The notes: generated by a model not told the origin, from the sequence alone. A stretch of 64,000 bases of DNA from Amoebidium appalachense (GCA_963693365.1 CAVNZM010000013.1:4492722-4556721), one strand, 5' to 3'; positions 47,801 through 61,214 are shown, counted from the stretch's first letter. Translations and numbers: made by a program.

Positions 47801-50800
47801 GTCTGCAGCCTGAGGCTGCTGTTGCTGGCGGGGTGGCTCCTGTTGGTGCTGTCGGCTGGGTGGCCCGTGCTGGGCCGGCCGGCCGGGGCTGCACGCCGCC
47901 GCTGCAGGCAGCTGCTGCAGTGTAGGTGTGGTCGGTTGTTGCTGGCTGGGTGGCCCTGGCAGGGCCTGCAGGCTGGGTGGCCCCTGCTGTGGCTGCCGGT
48001 GAGGGCTGCCTGCTGGGGCTACAGCCTGCGGCGGCTGCTGCTGGCTTGGTGGCTCCTGTTGGTACTGTCGGCTGGGTGGCCCGTGCTGGGCCGGCCGGCC
48101 GGGGCTGCAATCTACTACTGTAGGCCGCCGCTGCATTGTGGGTGTGGTCGGTTGCTGCTGGCTGGGTGACCCTGGCAGGGCCTGCAGGCTGGGTGGCCCC
48201 TGCTGTGGCTGCCGGTGTGGGCTGCCTGCTGGGGCTACAGCCTGAGGCTGCTGCTGCTGGCTGGGTGGCTCCTGTTGGTTGGGTGGCCCGTGCTGGGCCT
48301 GCCGGCCGGGGCTGCACGCTGCTGCTGCAGGCGGCTGCTGCAGTGTGGGTGTGGTCGGTTGTTGCTGGCTGGGTGGCCCTGGCAGGGCCTGCAGGCTGGG
48401 TGGCCCCTGCTGAGGCTGCCGGTGTGGGCTCCCTGCTGGGGCTGCCGCCTGAGGCTGCTGCTGCTGGTTTGGCGGCTCCTGTCGGTGCTGTCGGCTGGAT
48501 GGCCCGTCCTGGGCCTGCCGGCTGGGGTTGCAGTCTGCTACCTGCTGCTGCTGCCGTGTGGGTGTGGTCGGTTGCTGCTGGCTGGGTTGTTCTGGCAGGG
48601 CCTGCAGGCTGGGTGGCCCCTGCTGTGGCTGCAGGTGTGGGCTGCCTGCTGGGTCTGCAGCCTGAGGCTGCTGTTGCTGGCGGGGTGGCTCCTGTTGGTG
48701 CTGTCGGCTGGGTGGCCCGTGCTGGGCCGGCCAGCCGGGGCTGCACGCCGCCGCTGCAGGCAGCTGCTGCAGTGTAGGTGTAGTCGGTTGGTGCTGGCTG
48801 GGTGGCCCTGGCAGGGCCTGCAGGCTGGGTGGCCCCTGCTGTGGCTGCCGGTGAGGGCTGCCTGCTGGGGCTACAGCCTGCGGCGGCTGCTGCTGGCTTG
48901 GTGGCTCCTGTTTGTACTGTCGGCTGGGTGGCCCGTGCTGGGCCGGCCGGCCGGGGCTGCAATCTGCTGCTGCAGGCAGCTGCTGCAGTGTAGATGTGAT
49001 CGGTTGCTGCTGGCTGGGTGGCCCATGCAGGGCCTTCAGGCTGGGTGGCCCCTGTTGTGGGCTGCTGGCGGGGGCTGCAGCCTGAGGCTGCTGTTGCTGG
49101 CTTGGTGGCTCCTGTTGGTGCTGGCGACTGGGTGGCCCATGCTGGTCCTGCCGGCCGGGGCTGTCTGCTGGGGCAGCGGCAGGCCGATGCAGCAAAGTGG
49201 GTGTGGGTTGGTGCTGCTGGGTGGGGCTGCAATCTGCTGCTGCAGGCAGTTGCTGCCGGGTGGGTGTGGTTTGTTGCTGCTGGCCGGGTGGCCCATGCAG
49301 GCCCTGCAGGCTGGGTGGCCCCTGCGGTGGCTGCCGGTGTGGGCTGCCTGCTAGGGCTGCAACCTGAGGCTCCTGCTGCTGGCGTGGTGGCTCCTGTTGG
49401 TACTGTCGGCTGGGTGGGCCGTGCTGGGCCGGCCGGCCGGGGCTGCAAACTGCTGCTGCAGGCAGCTGCTGCAGTGTGGGTGGGGTCGGTTGCTGCTGGT
49501 TGGGTGGCTCTGGCAGGGCCTGCAGGCTGGGTGGCCCCTGCTGTGGCTGCCGGTGTGGGCTGCCGGCAGGGTCTGCAGCCTGCGGCTGCTGCTGCTGGCT
49601 TGGTGGCTCCTGTTCGTGCTGTCGGCTGGGTGGCCCGTGCTGGGCCGTCCGGCCGGGGCTACAATCTGCTGCCGCAGGCAGCTGGTGCAGTGTGGGTGTG
49701 GTCGGTTGCTGCTGGCTGGGTGGCCCAGGCGGGGCCTGCAGGGTGGGTGGCCCCTGCTGTGACTGCCGGTGTGGGCTGCCTGCTGGGGCTGCAGCCTTTG
49801 GCTGCTGCTGCTGGCTTGGTGGCTCCTGTTTGTGCTGTCGGCTGGGTGGCTCGTGTTGGGCCGGCCGGCCGGAGCTGCAATCTGCTACTGTAGGCCGCCG
49901 CTGCATTGTGGGTGTGGTCGGTTGCTGCTGGCTGGGTGACCCTGGCAGGGCCTGCAGGCTGGGTGGCCCCTGCTGTGGCTGCCGGTGTGGGCTGCCTGCT
50001 GGGGCTTCAGCCTGAGGCTGCTGCTGCTGGCTGGGTGGCTCCTGTTGGTTGGGTGGCCCGTGCTGGGCCTGCCGGCCGGGGCTGCACGCTGCTGCTGCAG
50101 GCGGCTGCTGCAGTGTGGGTGTGGTCGGTTGTTGCTGGCTGGGTGGCCCTGGCAGGGCCTGCAGGCTGGGTGGCCCCTGCTGTGGCTGCCGGTGTGGGCT
50201 GCCTGCTGGGGCTGCAGCCTGCGGCTGCTGCTGCTGGCTTGGTGGCTCCTGTTGGTGCTGTCGGCTGGGTGGCCCGTGCTGGGCCGGCCGGCCGGGGCTG
50301 CAATCTGCTGCTGCAGGCAGCTGCTGCAGTGTAGGTGTGATCGGTTGCTGCTGTCTAGGTGGCCCATGCAGGGCCTGCAGGCTGGGTGGCCCCTGCTGTG
50401 GCTGCCGTTGTGGGCTGCCGGCAGGGGCTTCAGCCTGAGGCTGCTGCTGCTGGCTTGGTGGCTCCTGTTGGTGCTGTCGACTGGGTGGCCCATGCTGGGC
50501 CTGCCTGTTGGGGCTGCCTGCTGGGCCAGCGGCAGGCTGGTGCAGCAAAGTGGGTGTGGGTTGGTGCTGCTGGGTGGATCCGGGGTCCCCCTCCTCCTGA
50601 TACCACCCCGTCTGGGACGGGTGTGCCTGGGGGGGAGGGGGGGGGGTGTCCTGGGGGGTGGGGGGGATGCCCGGGGGGTTGTTGGGGTCGGCTGTGTACA
50701 GTGGGATGATGGGACTGCTTGTTGGGGGTACCGGTGGGGGGGGGCTCCGGAGGGGGAGGGGGTGCTGGCCAGCCATATTGGACGGCCAGCTCCTTGGCCC

Positions 50801-51218
50801 TCTCCCAGAAACCCTGTGGATTTGCCGCCCGGTCCGTTGCATTGAGGAGCCGGTGTAGCTCCGCGTGCTCGTTGTCCTCCGGGAAGACCTTCGTCGGTTT
50901 TGACGTGGACTTCTCTGGTTTGCTCTTGGTCCGGCCCACTGTGGTTTTTGCCACCGAGAGAATGGTGGCGGCCATGTACTCCCATCTCCCTTCCACCTCC
51001 GCCTGGGTAGGGGTGGTGGTTGGGGGGGACGTGAAGGCTGCCTCCGTGCCGGTGGTAAAACGTGCCCAGTCCTCCTGTGTGGTGTTCGGTTTCAGCTGGA
51101 GTCTCGGTGTGGGTTGGTTTCGGGTTGGCCCTGGTCCCTGGCCCGGCAGGTTAGGATGGGGCCCAGTTTCGCACCAGGCCAGGTGGTGGTCGGTGTGAAG
51201 ATCCGGTAATTCCGTGAC
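41842..51218 (-). pseudogene. LINE ORF2 polyprotein (disrupted: two homopolymer frameshifts, one in-frame TAA)
   Basis: RT motifs KAPGPT, TRPIALLETARK, QDIKRAYDTV, GLAQGAVLSP, FADD (~45350-45361). RNase H motifs YTDGS (~43297-43311), SSTQAEL, LDN, WVKGH, NNEAD. Zn finger CPRC..ETTTHLWAC. Frame changes at ~50740 and ~44540-44590. ORFs 47552-50842 and 44243-47065 share a frame across TAA 47552-47554. Confidence 0.92.
46560..50575 (-). repeat. GC-rich coding minisatellite, ~216-bp (72-aa) unit, ~18 copies, inside LINE ORF2
   Basis: Unit QQLPAAADCSPGRPAQHGPPSRQHQQEPPSQQQQPQAAAPAGSPHRQPQQGPPSLQALPGPPSQQQPTTPTL, repeated with in-frame indels. Confidence 0.95.
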
Positions 51219-51583
51219 TGGGTGGGGTGTGCATGTGCTTCTGTTTTTGTTTGTGTTTTTGGGAGAAGGACTCGGAGGCACATTGCACAGCCAAATTTCC
51301 CGCGCAACTAAATAGAAATGTTGACAATTTTTCATTCAATACCCAGCCAACCAGTGACCCGACCACCGTTGAACAGCACGTGTATGTAACCAATAATAGT
51401 GTGAAACACGAGCTCAAATAAATATATAGTATAGACACGAATTGTAAAACGATACTAACCTGGAGACAAGGGTCATTTTTCATTACGTACAAGCATCAGT
51501 GGGCAATAAGCACTAATTGTTGTATCTATCTGTATAACTAACTTTGATCAAGAGCTCATATACTACTACAATATTTTCCAGTT

Positions 51584-51907
51584 TTAAAGGGGCAGTGCTG
51601 ACTCCGAATCTGTACGTCTGCTTCTTAAGGCATAGAAAGCGGCGCCGCCGACCAGGGCCACGCCGGCCACGGACCCAACGGCAATTCCGGCTACAGCGCT
51701 GCCACCCAGGGCACTGCTGGCTGGCAGCTCCTTGGCGCTGGCACTGGCCGCGGGGGGGAGGGCGGCAGCAGGCGCAGCCGTGGCGATGGCTGGCGACTGG
51801 GGGATGGCCGTCTGCGCGGGCACAAGCGCCTCCTCAACCTCAACGGACGCAGCAGCCGCACAGGACACAGAGAGCGCGGCAAGAACGGCAATGGACTGGA
51901 GGGCCAT
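51584..51907 (-). CDS. Small Ala-rich type-I membrane protein, copy 1 (107 aa)
   Basis: AAA-ATG-G start, signal peptide MALQSIAVLAALSVSCAAA, Ala/Pro stalk, TM AVAGIAVGSVAGVALVGGAAFYAL, basic stop-transfer RSRR. Three paralogs in the window. Confidence 0.85.
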   Translation of the reverse strand: MALQSIAVLAALSVSCAAAASVEVEEALVPAQTAIPQSPAIATAAPAAALPPAASASAKELPASSALGGSAVAGIAVGSVAGVALVGGAAFYALRSRRTDSESALPL

Positions 51908-52179
51908 TTTGGTGGTATGAATTGACGATGAAGCTTACTTAGAGACTTACTTTTTGCTTTGGGTCAGACGACTGATGCAACGTTGGGTCTGACTGTCTGA
52001 GTCAACTACAGTCACGCCGGATATAATGGGTGTAAAGGTGGCTTTGAAGAAGGAATAAAATGTCAGCTGCGCATGCCTTTGAAAGTTGTTGATTTATATG
52101 GCGCCCAGCAGATGTTAATATAAATTCGCCACAGAGCTCTTGTCGTTGTTATTGTTGTGTAAATGTGTCTGTTCAAGTG

Positions 52180-52482
52180 GCCCTTATATATACCGCCTCA
52201 TCTAAATGGATCTAGCATACAAATCTTTCTCCAGATCTGGCCTAGAATGCGGGGTTTAAAAATAACACATCGATAAATAGATAGTCATGAAAACTCTAGC
52301 AACAGAAGTGTAACATTCAAAAAGGTCAATATATTTGAGTTGTTTCTCGGTTTTGCCGTATGCTGTACACTACTAGTAACAGTACCTACACTGCGATTCT
52401 GAGGTCGAATGCCTGTAACAATGAATCGCCTCCTATTGGCTTCTGCTCCAACCAATCGCTGGCCTTCCAGATCTTCCAGATC

Positions 52483-52518
<36 letters not shown>

Positions 52519-52815
52519 GTTGCCGCAGGCGTCCCGCAGCGTAGTAGTAGGGCCCGGCCACTTAGCGTAAGCCAGCGGGTACAAAGCCTTGGATACTATC
52601 CAATTGGTTATTTTGAGATTGAATCTATTAGTTTATCCACTGAGCACAGCACAATACGGCGGTTAGATCTAAAGATTATCAGCGCTGTTAGTCACTTTGA
52701 GTGCTGTCTCCCCATAGTAGTGCTCAGCCACTTACGTAAGCCAGTGGGTACATAGCCTTGGAGACTACAGCGCTGTAGCCAGCTTTGTGGCTTTATGTGC
52801 CGTATAAAAGCAACC
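52180..52815. promoter_or_regulatory. Putative bidirectional promoter of pair 1
   Basis: Minus-strand TATA (CCCTTATATA ~52181-52190), inverted CCAAT pair (ATTGG..CCAAT 52435-52456) and plus-strand TATAAAAG (52804-52811). All are conserved in the second cassette. Confidence 0.6.
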
Positions 52816-53036
52816 CCACACAAAAGTCAAACTGACTCAGCCAAACATCAGAAAACGACCAGCATAATCACATTTTCTAAAGTGATAACTTGAAAAGGAA
52901 TACCGTGTTCAGTTTCAGCAATATCGCCAGTTCAAACATCACATAAATACACATACACTGCACCACGCGTGGTTCATACAGAACATAAACACGCACAACA
53001 CATACACACATAAAAATAAACATACACTGGTGCAAA

Positions 53037-53316
53037 ATGGCCGTCCAGTTCATTGCCCTTGTTGCTACCCTCTGTGTCCTATACGGCTGCTGCGCCCGTT
53101 GCGGTCGAGGAGGCGCTTATGCCCGCGCAGACGGCCATCCACCAGCTGCCAGCCATCGCCACGGCTGCGGCTGCTGCCGCCCTCCCCCCCGCGGCCAGTG
53201 CCAGCGCCAAGGAGCTGCCAGCCAGCAGTGCGCTGGGTGGCGGCGCTGTGGCCGGAATCGTCGTTGGGTCCGTGGCCGGCGTGGCCCTGGTCGGAATTGC
53301 TGTGACTGACGTGTGA
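53037..53316 (+). pseudogene. Small membrane protein copy 2: 2-bp deletion in the signal peptide and truncated 3' end
   Basis: CTCTGTGTCC vs CTCTCTGTGTCC in copy 1 shifts the frame. Homology stops after GVALVG. Confidence 0.85.
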
Positions 53317-54189
53317 CGGAAGAATTCTTCCATCAGGTTGTGAATTGGTTTTAACAAATTGCTAAGTTGAGGGCATCTTGAATTCGAGAGGAGAAGAGGC
53401 ACGGGCCGAAATTCCAAATACCACTTGAAAACCGGACCCCCCCCCCCCCCCCTCAGTGTCCCCCCTCCCTTCCCCTGGCACCCTGATCCCCGGTGTAGGA
53501 AAACTGAAGAAGGCCCCCTATCTTTATGTAAACAAAACAGCCCGGGCCTGAATCTCTGCAATTTCTGTTTTGACAGGCTCAGCCCAGAAGTAGGTATATA
53601 TGTAACAATATAGGTCTCCTCCCAGGGGCCCGGTACCCACAAAAAGGCAGCGGTGCTGAAGAACACCCCAAAGTAAGGGTCAAAATCAAGTGAAGGGTTA
53701 AAAAAAATCAGGAGTTTCCAAATAAAGGGCATAGCTGGGAAGAGGAGGGAATGTGTTAATGGTTCTTTCTGTTGTTGTTGCACGGGGTGGTGGTGGGGAG
53801 GGAGGGGGGGGGGGGGGGGGGGGGAGGGGGGGAGAGGGGGGGGGGGGGGGGGAGAGGGGGGGAGGGGGGGGGGGGGGAGGGGGAGAGTTGCCCAAGATCA
53901 TGCAGGGAATCTGCTTGGTGATCGTGAGGCCGGCTTCAAGCTGGAGATCTCAGAACCTGGGGCTGATCATGGATATAGATTGGAAATGATCGTAACACCT
54001 GATGAGGTTATTTATTGGCTCCCCCCCCCTCCCCCCCCCTCGCCCCCCCCCCCCCCCTCGCCCCCCTCCCCCCCCCCCCCCCCCCCCCCGGGGACCCCAT
54101 CTCCCGCCCCCTCCACCAACCATACATCCAACAGTGTAGGTAGGCTTATCAGAGCCAGATAGCTATATATAGATAGGTGGTCATCACAA

Positions 54190-54535
54190 AGGGCCCCGGC
54201 CACATCAGCTCATCAGCTGAGTCAACTTGCTCCGAGCAGAATTATTTTGCAAAAAGCAGAATCACTCTGCTGAAAGCCGAATCACTCTGCTAAAAGCAGA
54301 ATCAATCTGCTAAAAGCAGAATTATTCTGCTGTCAAAAGCAGAATTATTCTGCAAAAAGCGGAATATTTCTGCTAAAAGAAGAGTGATTCTGCTAAAGAG
54401 TGATTCTGCTTTTGCAGAATAACTCTGCTAAAAGCAGAGTGAATCTGTTCTTTTCCCACTTTTCACAGAATAATTCCGGTTTTGCAGAATAATTCTGCTT
54501 TTTGCAAGTTGACTCTGCCGATGTGGTTTGGCCCT
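54190..54535. mobile_element. Foldback-like MITE with AG...CT termini, 6-bp TSD and palindromic ~20-bp subrepeats
   Basis: TCACAA|AGGGCC..CCACATC..GAGTCAACTTGC ... GCAAGTTGACTC..GATGTGG..GGCCCT|TCACAA. Interior is GCAGAAT(C/T)A(C/T)TCTGC units in both orientations. Confidence 0.85.
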
Positions 54536-54960
54536 TCACAATTGGACATCACCTAGGTACTGTAGCTTACCAAGGGCCTCCATGTGTAACTTAACTGCTA
54601 TTTGATAGAAAACCGGCACCAAAACCAAAGCACCCGGATAGTATACATATTTTGCACGGGCACGAAGCAGAACATTGATTCTTTTCTGGGTACATTAATA
54701 TTTCCTTTATGATCCCATAATCATACCCAGCAAGCTGTTCGCGTTACACACCATGATTCGGTTCTCAGCTGATTTGGGTGGCCAGTCCCATATCCTGTTG
54801 ATGAGCTTCATTGCTCATAGGTCCGCGTTTAGGTAACTTCAATTTTGGCCACCCCAAAAAAAATATTTACCCCAAACAATGGCTTGAATATAATGTACGC
54901 GCACACAAACACATGCACATACTGTGCACACATGCCCACACACACACACACACATGTTGT

Positions 54961-54991
<31 letters not shown>

Positions 54992-55133
54992 TGTACACAC
55001 ACGCTCACACAAGCACACGCACACACACAACACACACGCACACGGACACACACGCACACACACACATGTACACACACACACGCACGCATGCACACGCACA
55101 CCCACACACACAACACACACACAGTCACGCACA

Positions 55134-55216
<83 letters not shown>

Positions 55217-56702
55217 TCCCCCTCCTCATACCCCCTCCCCCCCCCCCCCCCCCCTCCCCCCCCCCCCCCCCCCCCCGGTGCCCCCCGGGGGGGGCCCCTG
55301 CCATAACTGAACATCCCCTGATCATGATCACCGCCGGACCAACACATCTACTGTTACTGGCTATTTGAAACAACCGCAGACCCTTCTTAGGCCGAAAATG
55401 TGCATGAGGGGACGGTCACTTGTCCATGTAAATGTCTCCACTACTGAGCAGCAAACATTTTGCAAAGAAGCCGACTGTTTCAGGCCATAAGCGGATACTG
55501 TGCAAATGTGCGTGTGTGTGCGTGTGCGTGCGTGTGCGTGTGTATATAGATGTGTGGGTGGCCTGTGCGATTTTCCGGTGTTATTGGAGAGAGGGAGGGG
55601 GAGGGGGTGAGGGGGGGGGGGGGGGGGGGAGAGGATTGCTTGCTAAGTTGTCTTATCATGTCCCTGCAACTTGACTGGGGTATCGTTATTTTTTTCTTCT
55701 GCTCCTATTTTTTATTTTTTTATTTTTAAACTTTCATAATTATTGAAACCCAAAACCAATTAATTTTTCTGGGAGGGGCTTCTCTCTGAAAGGTATCGGT
55801 GGAATTACTTACAATGTCACTTTTCCATCCCACAATCAAAATCTGAAAGTCCGTTGCACAACATTGCATCATGCAAATATTTGTTTTCTGGGCGGCCATC
55901 CCTGAATGTGAGCTCTCAAAGCTCAGTTGCATGTCGTATTGTTTTGGACTTTGAGCCACGCTAGTGGCCCCCCACCAACCACCGTAGCTGAAAGTGTCCA
56001 GTAAATGTCAGATGATTTGATATGCACATCAAAAACTCAGTATCATTTTTACTCAATATCATGAGTATTTTTCTATGATTATTCATATCATTATAATCTT
56101 GCCAATCGGATACAGCAATACTTTAGTCGGTAAACTGGCTTTGATTGGTGAATGCAAAGTTTTGTGCACGAGTTCTTGGTTTCTACACGAAGCACAGAGC
56201 CCCCCCCCCTCCCCCCCCCCCCCCTCCTCCCTCCCCTCCCCTCCCCCCCCTCCTCCCTCCCTCCCCTCCCCCCTCCCCCCCCCCCACCTCCCTCCCCCCT
56301 CCCCCCCCCCAAAGCACAGCACGGAGGCCCCCGAATACTTGGTAAATCATTAGAAGATAGTTGATGGTCTCATATACATAGATCTTAAGAGTGGGCTGCC
56401 GCAGTGTACAGTATGAACAGTGGATTGAAGCTCTCTGGTAAGATTCTGTCATAGAATATACATGGGTCAGTCAAACCAGAATTGTTCACAACGTGTGCTC
56501 AAGAACAGAAACTCTGTGTGGTGCTGAGAGGCCTAGGGTGAGGTCCTACGTCGTGTATTCTGAAAATGTGGCTGGGAAGCTTTTATTTGATCGTCCCTGC
56601 CTCTAGCCGTCCCCAGAATCTAGATGTGAACACAGACTGTGGTATGTTTGGATCGTTTGACTTTTCTTACTACTTGCTGATTTTGTTTTAGAAGGTGGAG
56701 GG

Positions 56703-56743
<41 letters not shown>

Positions 56744-57053
56744 GGGGGGGGGGGAGGGGGGAAGGTGGGTAGGGACGGGGAGGGTTAATGATTAATTACC
56801 AGCACTCAGCCCCCCTCAACCCCCCCCCCCCTCCCCTGTTCTCCTCCGTCCCCCTCCCCACCCACCCCCCCCCCCCCCCCCCCCCACCCCCCCTTCCCCT
56901 TCTCCTTCTGTCCCCACCTCCCCCCCCCCCCCCCCCCCCCCTACCCTTTATAGATGGTTCCATGTTGTCTATAATGCTTCAAATTCGTGATGTTGGTACA
57001 AATTCAAGGCTCTAAAGAATTTCGGGCTGCCTCTGTACTAAGTTGAGTCTTGA

Positions 57054-57324
<271 letters not shown>

Positions 57325-57552
57325 ACGTGCATGTGTGTTTTGTTTTCAAAGGGTATGTGATTCATTATTACATTATCAGTTCTAATTGTATGACGTGGCT
57401 GCATGTTCATATGCATTTGATGCATATGTTTCGCTCGGGCTATGTGTGAAAACTCTCATCTTGTTACTGATATATTATATCACTCTTCTACTACATGCAG
57501 TTTAATTAGAACATACTACAAGTGGTTTTACATGCTTAGGCCACCATAGCCC

Positions 57553-57876
57553 CTACAGGCGCAGTGCTGACTCGGACTCTGCGCGTCTGCTGCTGAAGGC
57601 ATAGAAGGCTGCGCCGCCGACCAGCGCCACGCCGGCCACGGACCCAACGGCAATTCCGGCCACAGCGCCGCCACCCAGTGCACTGCTGGCTGGCAGCTCC
57701 TTGGCGCTGGCACTGCCCGCGGGGGGGAGGGCGGCAGCAGGCGCAGCCGTGGCGATGGCTGGCGGCTGGTGGATGGCCGTCTGCGCGGGCACAAGCGCCT
57801 CCTCGACCTCAACGGACGCAGCAGCCGAACAGGACGCAGAGAGGGCGGCAAGAACGGCGATGAACTGGAGGGTCAT
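57553..57876 (-). CDS. Small Ala-rich type-I membrane protein, copy 3 (107 aa)
   Basis: Intact ORF MTLQFIAVLAALSAS...AVAGIAVGSVAGVALVGGAAFYAFSSRRAESESALRL, colinear with copy 1. Confidence 0.85.
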   Translation of the reverse strand: MTLQFIAVLAALSASCSAAASVEVEEALVPAQTAIHQPPAIATAAPAAALPPAGSASAKELPASSALGGGAVAGIAVGSVAGVALVGGAAFYAFSSRRAESESALRL

Positions 57877-58144
57877 TTTGGTTGTTTAAGTTGATGGTGA
57901 GGCTACGTAACCTCAGAGACTGTCTTTTTGCTTTGTGTGAGACTGTTATAGGTCGGAAACTAGGCCTGCATATATAGGCATACTATTGGTGCTCCTTGAA
58001 GAAATGGCCTGAGAACGTTCAGCCTTGCCTTCAAGGCTTAAGTGTCGGTTGTGAAGCGACACACACCAGATATCAGTTTGAGTTTGTCGGAGAGACTTGA
58101 TGTTGTTTATGCGATGTTGTGATGTGAATGTATATGTTCAGCTG

Positions 58145-58675
58145 GCCCTTTTATATCGCATTGTTTTACCGTGTGCCGAGCTCGCGAGCATGTAATTATA
58201 AAACCGGCATTTGCCAGGAGAAGCATCTAAATGGATCTACTATGGCATAATTGTTTCTTCAAAGTTGACCTGGAACAGTGGGGTTTCGAAGTGATGCACA
58301 ACAATAAATAAATGCCCATAAACATTTATCAATAAAAATGCAACATTAAAAATAACAATCAACAATGTAAATTATCAGACTTGTTTTCTGGCATTGGTGC
58401 CTCGTACATACTCAGTGGTCGATTGAACGGCAACTCGTCTATGAATCGTATTCTCCGCCTCCTATTGGCTTCTGTACCAGCCAATCGCTTACTTTGAAAT
58501 ACTTTCTAGATTTCGACAACTTATCATTGGCTTTCTCGAGAGATTCGATCTCTCTATTCTTCCAATGAGTGAAGCACAATACGGCGGTTAGATCTCCCTA
58601 TCTAAATAGATCATCGGCGTGGCCACCTGCGAGTGCGCGCAGCAGCGGCCCATATGCGTGCCGTATAAAAGCAAC
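58145..58675. promoter_or_regulatory. Putative bidirectional promoter of pair 2
   Basis: Same ordered motifs as 52180-52815: GGCCCTTTTATA, CATCTAAATGGATCTA, CCTCCTATTGGCTTCTG..CCAATCGCT, GCACAATACGGCGGTTAGATCT, GTGCCGTATAAAAGCAAC. Confidence 0.6.
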
Positions 58676-58854
58676 TGCACACAATTTTCCGACTCAGTCA
58701 ACAACAAAACACGAAAAGTACAAGCAACTTCATAAATACCGTGAACAGCGAGCCTGTGTTCAGTTTCTGCACCCGCACCGGTTCAAACATACATACATAA
58801 ATACTGACGCAAACAGACACAAACGTCACACATATACGCCGGTGCACGTGGAAA

Positions 58855-59178
58855 ACGGCCCTCCAGTTCATTGCCGTTCTTGCCGCGCTCTCTGTCTCGT
58901 GTGCGGCTGCTGCGTCCGTTGAGGTCGAGGAGGCGCTAGTGCCCGCGCAGACGGCCATCCACCAGCCGCCAGCCATCGCCACAGCTGCGCCTGCTGCCGC
59001 CCTCCTCCCCGCGGGCAGTGCCAGCGCCAAGGAGCTGCCAGCCAGCAGTGCGCTGGGTGGCGGCGCTGTGGCCGGAATTGCCGTTGGGTCCGTGGCCGGC
59101 GTGGCCCTGGTCGGCGGTGTGGCCTTCTATGCCTTAAGCAGCAGGCGGGCAGAGTCGGAGTCAGCACTGCCCCTGTAG
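58855..59178 (+). CDS. Small membrane protein copy 4: full-length frame, but the start codon is ACG
   Basis: GAAA-ACG-GCCCTCCAGTTC aligns with AAA-ATG-GCCCTCCAG of copy 1. 107 codons are intact, with no upstream in-frame ATG before TAA 58798-58800. Confidence 0.7.
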   Translation, partial: TALQFIAVLAALSVSCAAAASVEVEEALVPAQTAIHQPPAIATAAPAAALLPAGSASAKELPASSALGGGAVAGIAVGSVAGVALVGGVAFYALSSRRAESESALPL

Positions 59179-59349
59179 GAGTTATGGTAGCCTGAACTGT
59201 TATTATTTGTAAGCGCACAATAATTCCTGTTGGAAAGTTAGATCTACGATACATAACCGGGTGGTGATATGAAGTTTTAGAACCGTTTGAAAATTCTGGA
59301 ATCAGATGTGTGACACAAACACGACCCACTGGCATAGCACATCCCGGTA

Positions 59350-60682
<1,333 letters not shown>

Positions 60683-61214
60683 CTCATCATCTCTCATCCA
60701 CAAGCACACACACACTCTCTCTCTCTAAACACAAATGCACACATCACGGGCGCATGTGCACACAAGGGCACACACCTCGCACACGCACTCCTGCACAAAC
60801 ACAAAAAACGCCTGCACACACGACACCCTAGCCCGCCCCCCCCCCCCCCTCCCCCCTCCCCCCAATCCCCCCCCCCCCCTCCTCCTCCCCTGCCCCACCT
60901 CCCCCCCCCTCCCCCCCCCCCGTCCTCCTCCTCCTCCACCCACCCACACCCTCACAATAATACTCGTGGAAGCGTTTGCACACAAAGAACAGCAAGCATA
61001 TCTCCAGCTGTTTTTTTAATCTGCATTGCTCTCTCCATCCGAGGCCCACCCTATTTGTGTTTTCTTTTTCCACAGTAACCGGCTCTGGCAGGCTGAAAAC
61101 ACCAATAACAAATATCTATCTCTTTATAGAAGTTCTTTTAAACCACACACGGGGCAGGGCCGGATGAGGAGGGGGGAGGGATAGGGTGATGTGTTTGTGT
61201 GTGTGTGTGTGTTT

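Larger units (their letters stand above)
41521..51218 (-). mobile_element. 5'-truncated non-LTR retrotransposon (LINE): end of APE endonuclease, tandem array, RT, RNase H, Zn-finger
   Basis: Poly(A) tail at 41521-41559 (T-run on +). 15-bp TSD TGGGTGGGGTGTGCA at 41506-41520 and 51219-51233. The element starts just before a TDHH (SDH-like) endonuclease C-terminal motif. Confidence 0.95.

Noticed and set aside
46560-50575. Possible CRISPR-like or antisense-coding array (long plus-strand ORFs)
   Set aside because: Units are contiguous with no unique spacers and no cas genes. The plus-strand ORFs are a by-product of a GC-rich, stop-poor repeat.
54550-56700. Short ORFs such as 55726-55959
   Set aside because: No motif, paralog or consistent splice pattern supports them.
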